The notes under the pieces were generated by a model that was not told where the DNA came from, ran no database searches, and saw only the letters and a program-made list of their open reading frames with translations. A stretch of 64,000 bases of DNA from Malacoraja senta (taxonomy: Eukaryota), in assembly GCA_038087875.1 (NCBI GenBank), contig CM075994.1:8062001-8126000 (forward strand). The letters run 5' to 3'. Positions 63,495 through 64,000 of this stretch are shown here, piece by piece. Within the stretch, counting starts at the first letter, position 1. Every line of letters starts with the position of its first letter. The position numbers and the translations under genes are program-made.

Positions 63495-64000
63495 GTGAGT
63501 AACAGCTTCACATCCTCCTGCACTTTCAGGGGTCTAAGGGGTATTTAAAGTTATAGAGTCACACAGTGTGGAAACAGGCCCTAACTTGCCGAACATGCCT
63601 CATCTACACTTAGTGTTGCCAACTGTCCCATATTAGCCGGGCCATCCCGTATATTGGGCTAAATTGGTTTGTCCCGTACGGGACCGCCCTTGTCCCGTAT
63701 TTGACTGCTATTACTCTGGTCGAGGGGACTGTCGGGTCGGAGCGCCACGTCCGGCCCCGCCTCACCTGTCCCGACGTAGTGCAGCCCATGGAGTGCAGCA
63801 GCAGCAGCGCCTCGCCCGTGGCCCCGTCGGTCGGCAGCCCGGCCAGCTGTCCGACCTTCGGACCTTCGCTTACCGCCGACACCACCACCCCTCCTTCTCA
63901 TGGCTGATCATCGGTTCATGAGTTGGATGGGGTGCCGGACTTTGCGCGCGACATTGCGCGGCCCGGGGCCAAAACTCCTCAGCCGGCCCGCCGGCTGGGC

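Overview
Repeat-dense vertebrate genomic DNA. The HE1-type SINE, CR1 and Penelope landscape points to a cartilaginous fish, probably a skate or ray (inference). Almost all ORFs in the supplied track are transposon fragments or microsatellite read-through. Twenty spliceable GT-AG exons of complement C4-like thioester-protein coding sequence are hidden among the repeats. Twelve lie on the minus strand (31193->879; about 537 codons with consistent phases, covering MG5-MG6, the RQRR beta/alpha site, the anaphylatoxin domain, MG7 and the start of CUB) and correspond to C4 exons ~12-23. Eight lie on the plus strand (43395->63494; signal peptide to MG3) and correspond to exons 1-7, with exon 2 split in two. 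The two sets are non-overlapping and point away from each other across a 200-N gap, so they may be one gene on a mis-oriented or inverted segment. Notable features are an apparent transposon-made intron gain in exon 2, an antisense duplicate of exon 23 inside an earlier intron, a LINE inserted into a splice acceptor, a young but broken Ty3/Gypsy element with TG..TA LTRs, Helitron-like elements and nested Harbinger-like MITEs. I see no prokaryotic-type system or CRISPR array. Exon numbers follow my recollection of human C4 structure and need confirming by alignment.
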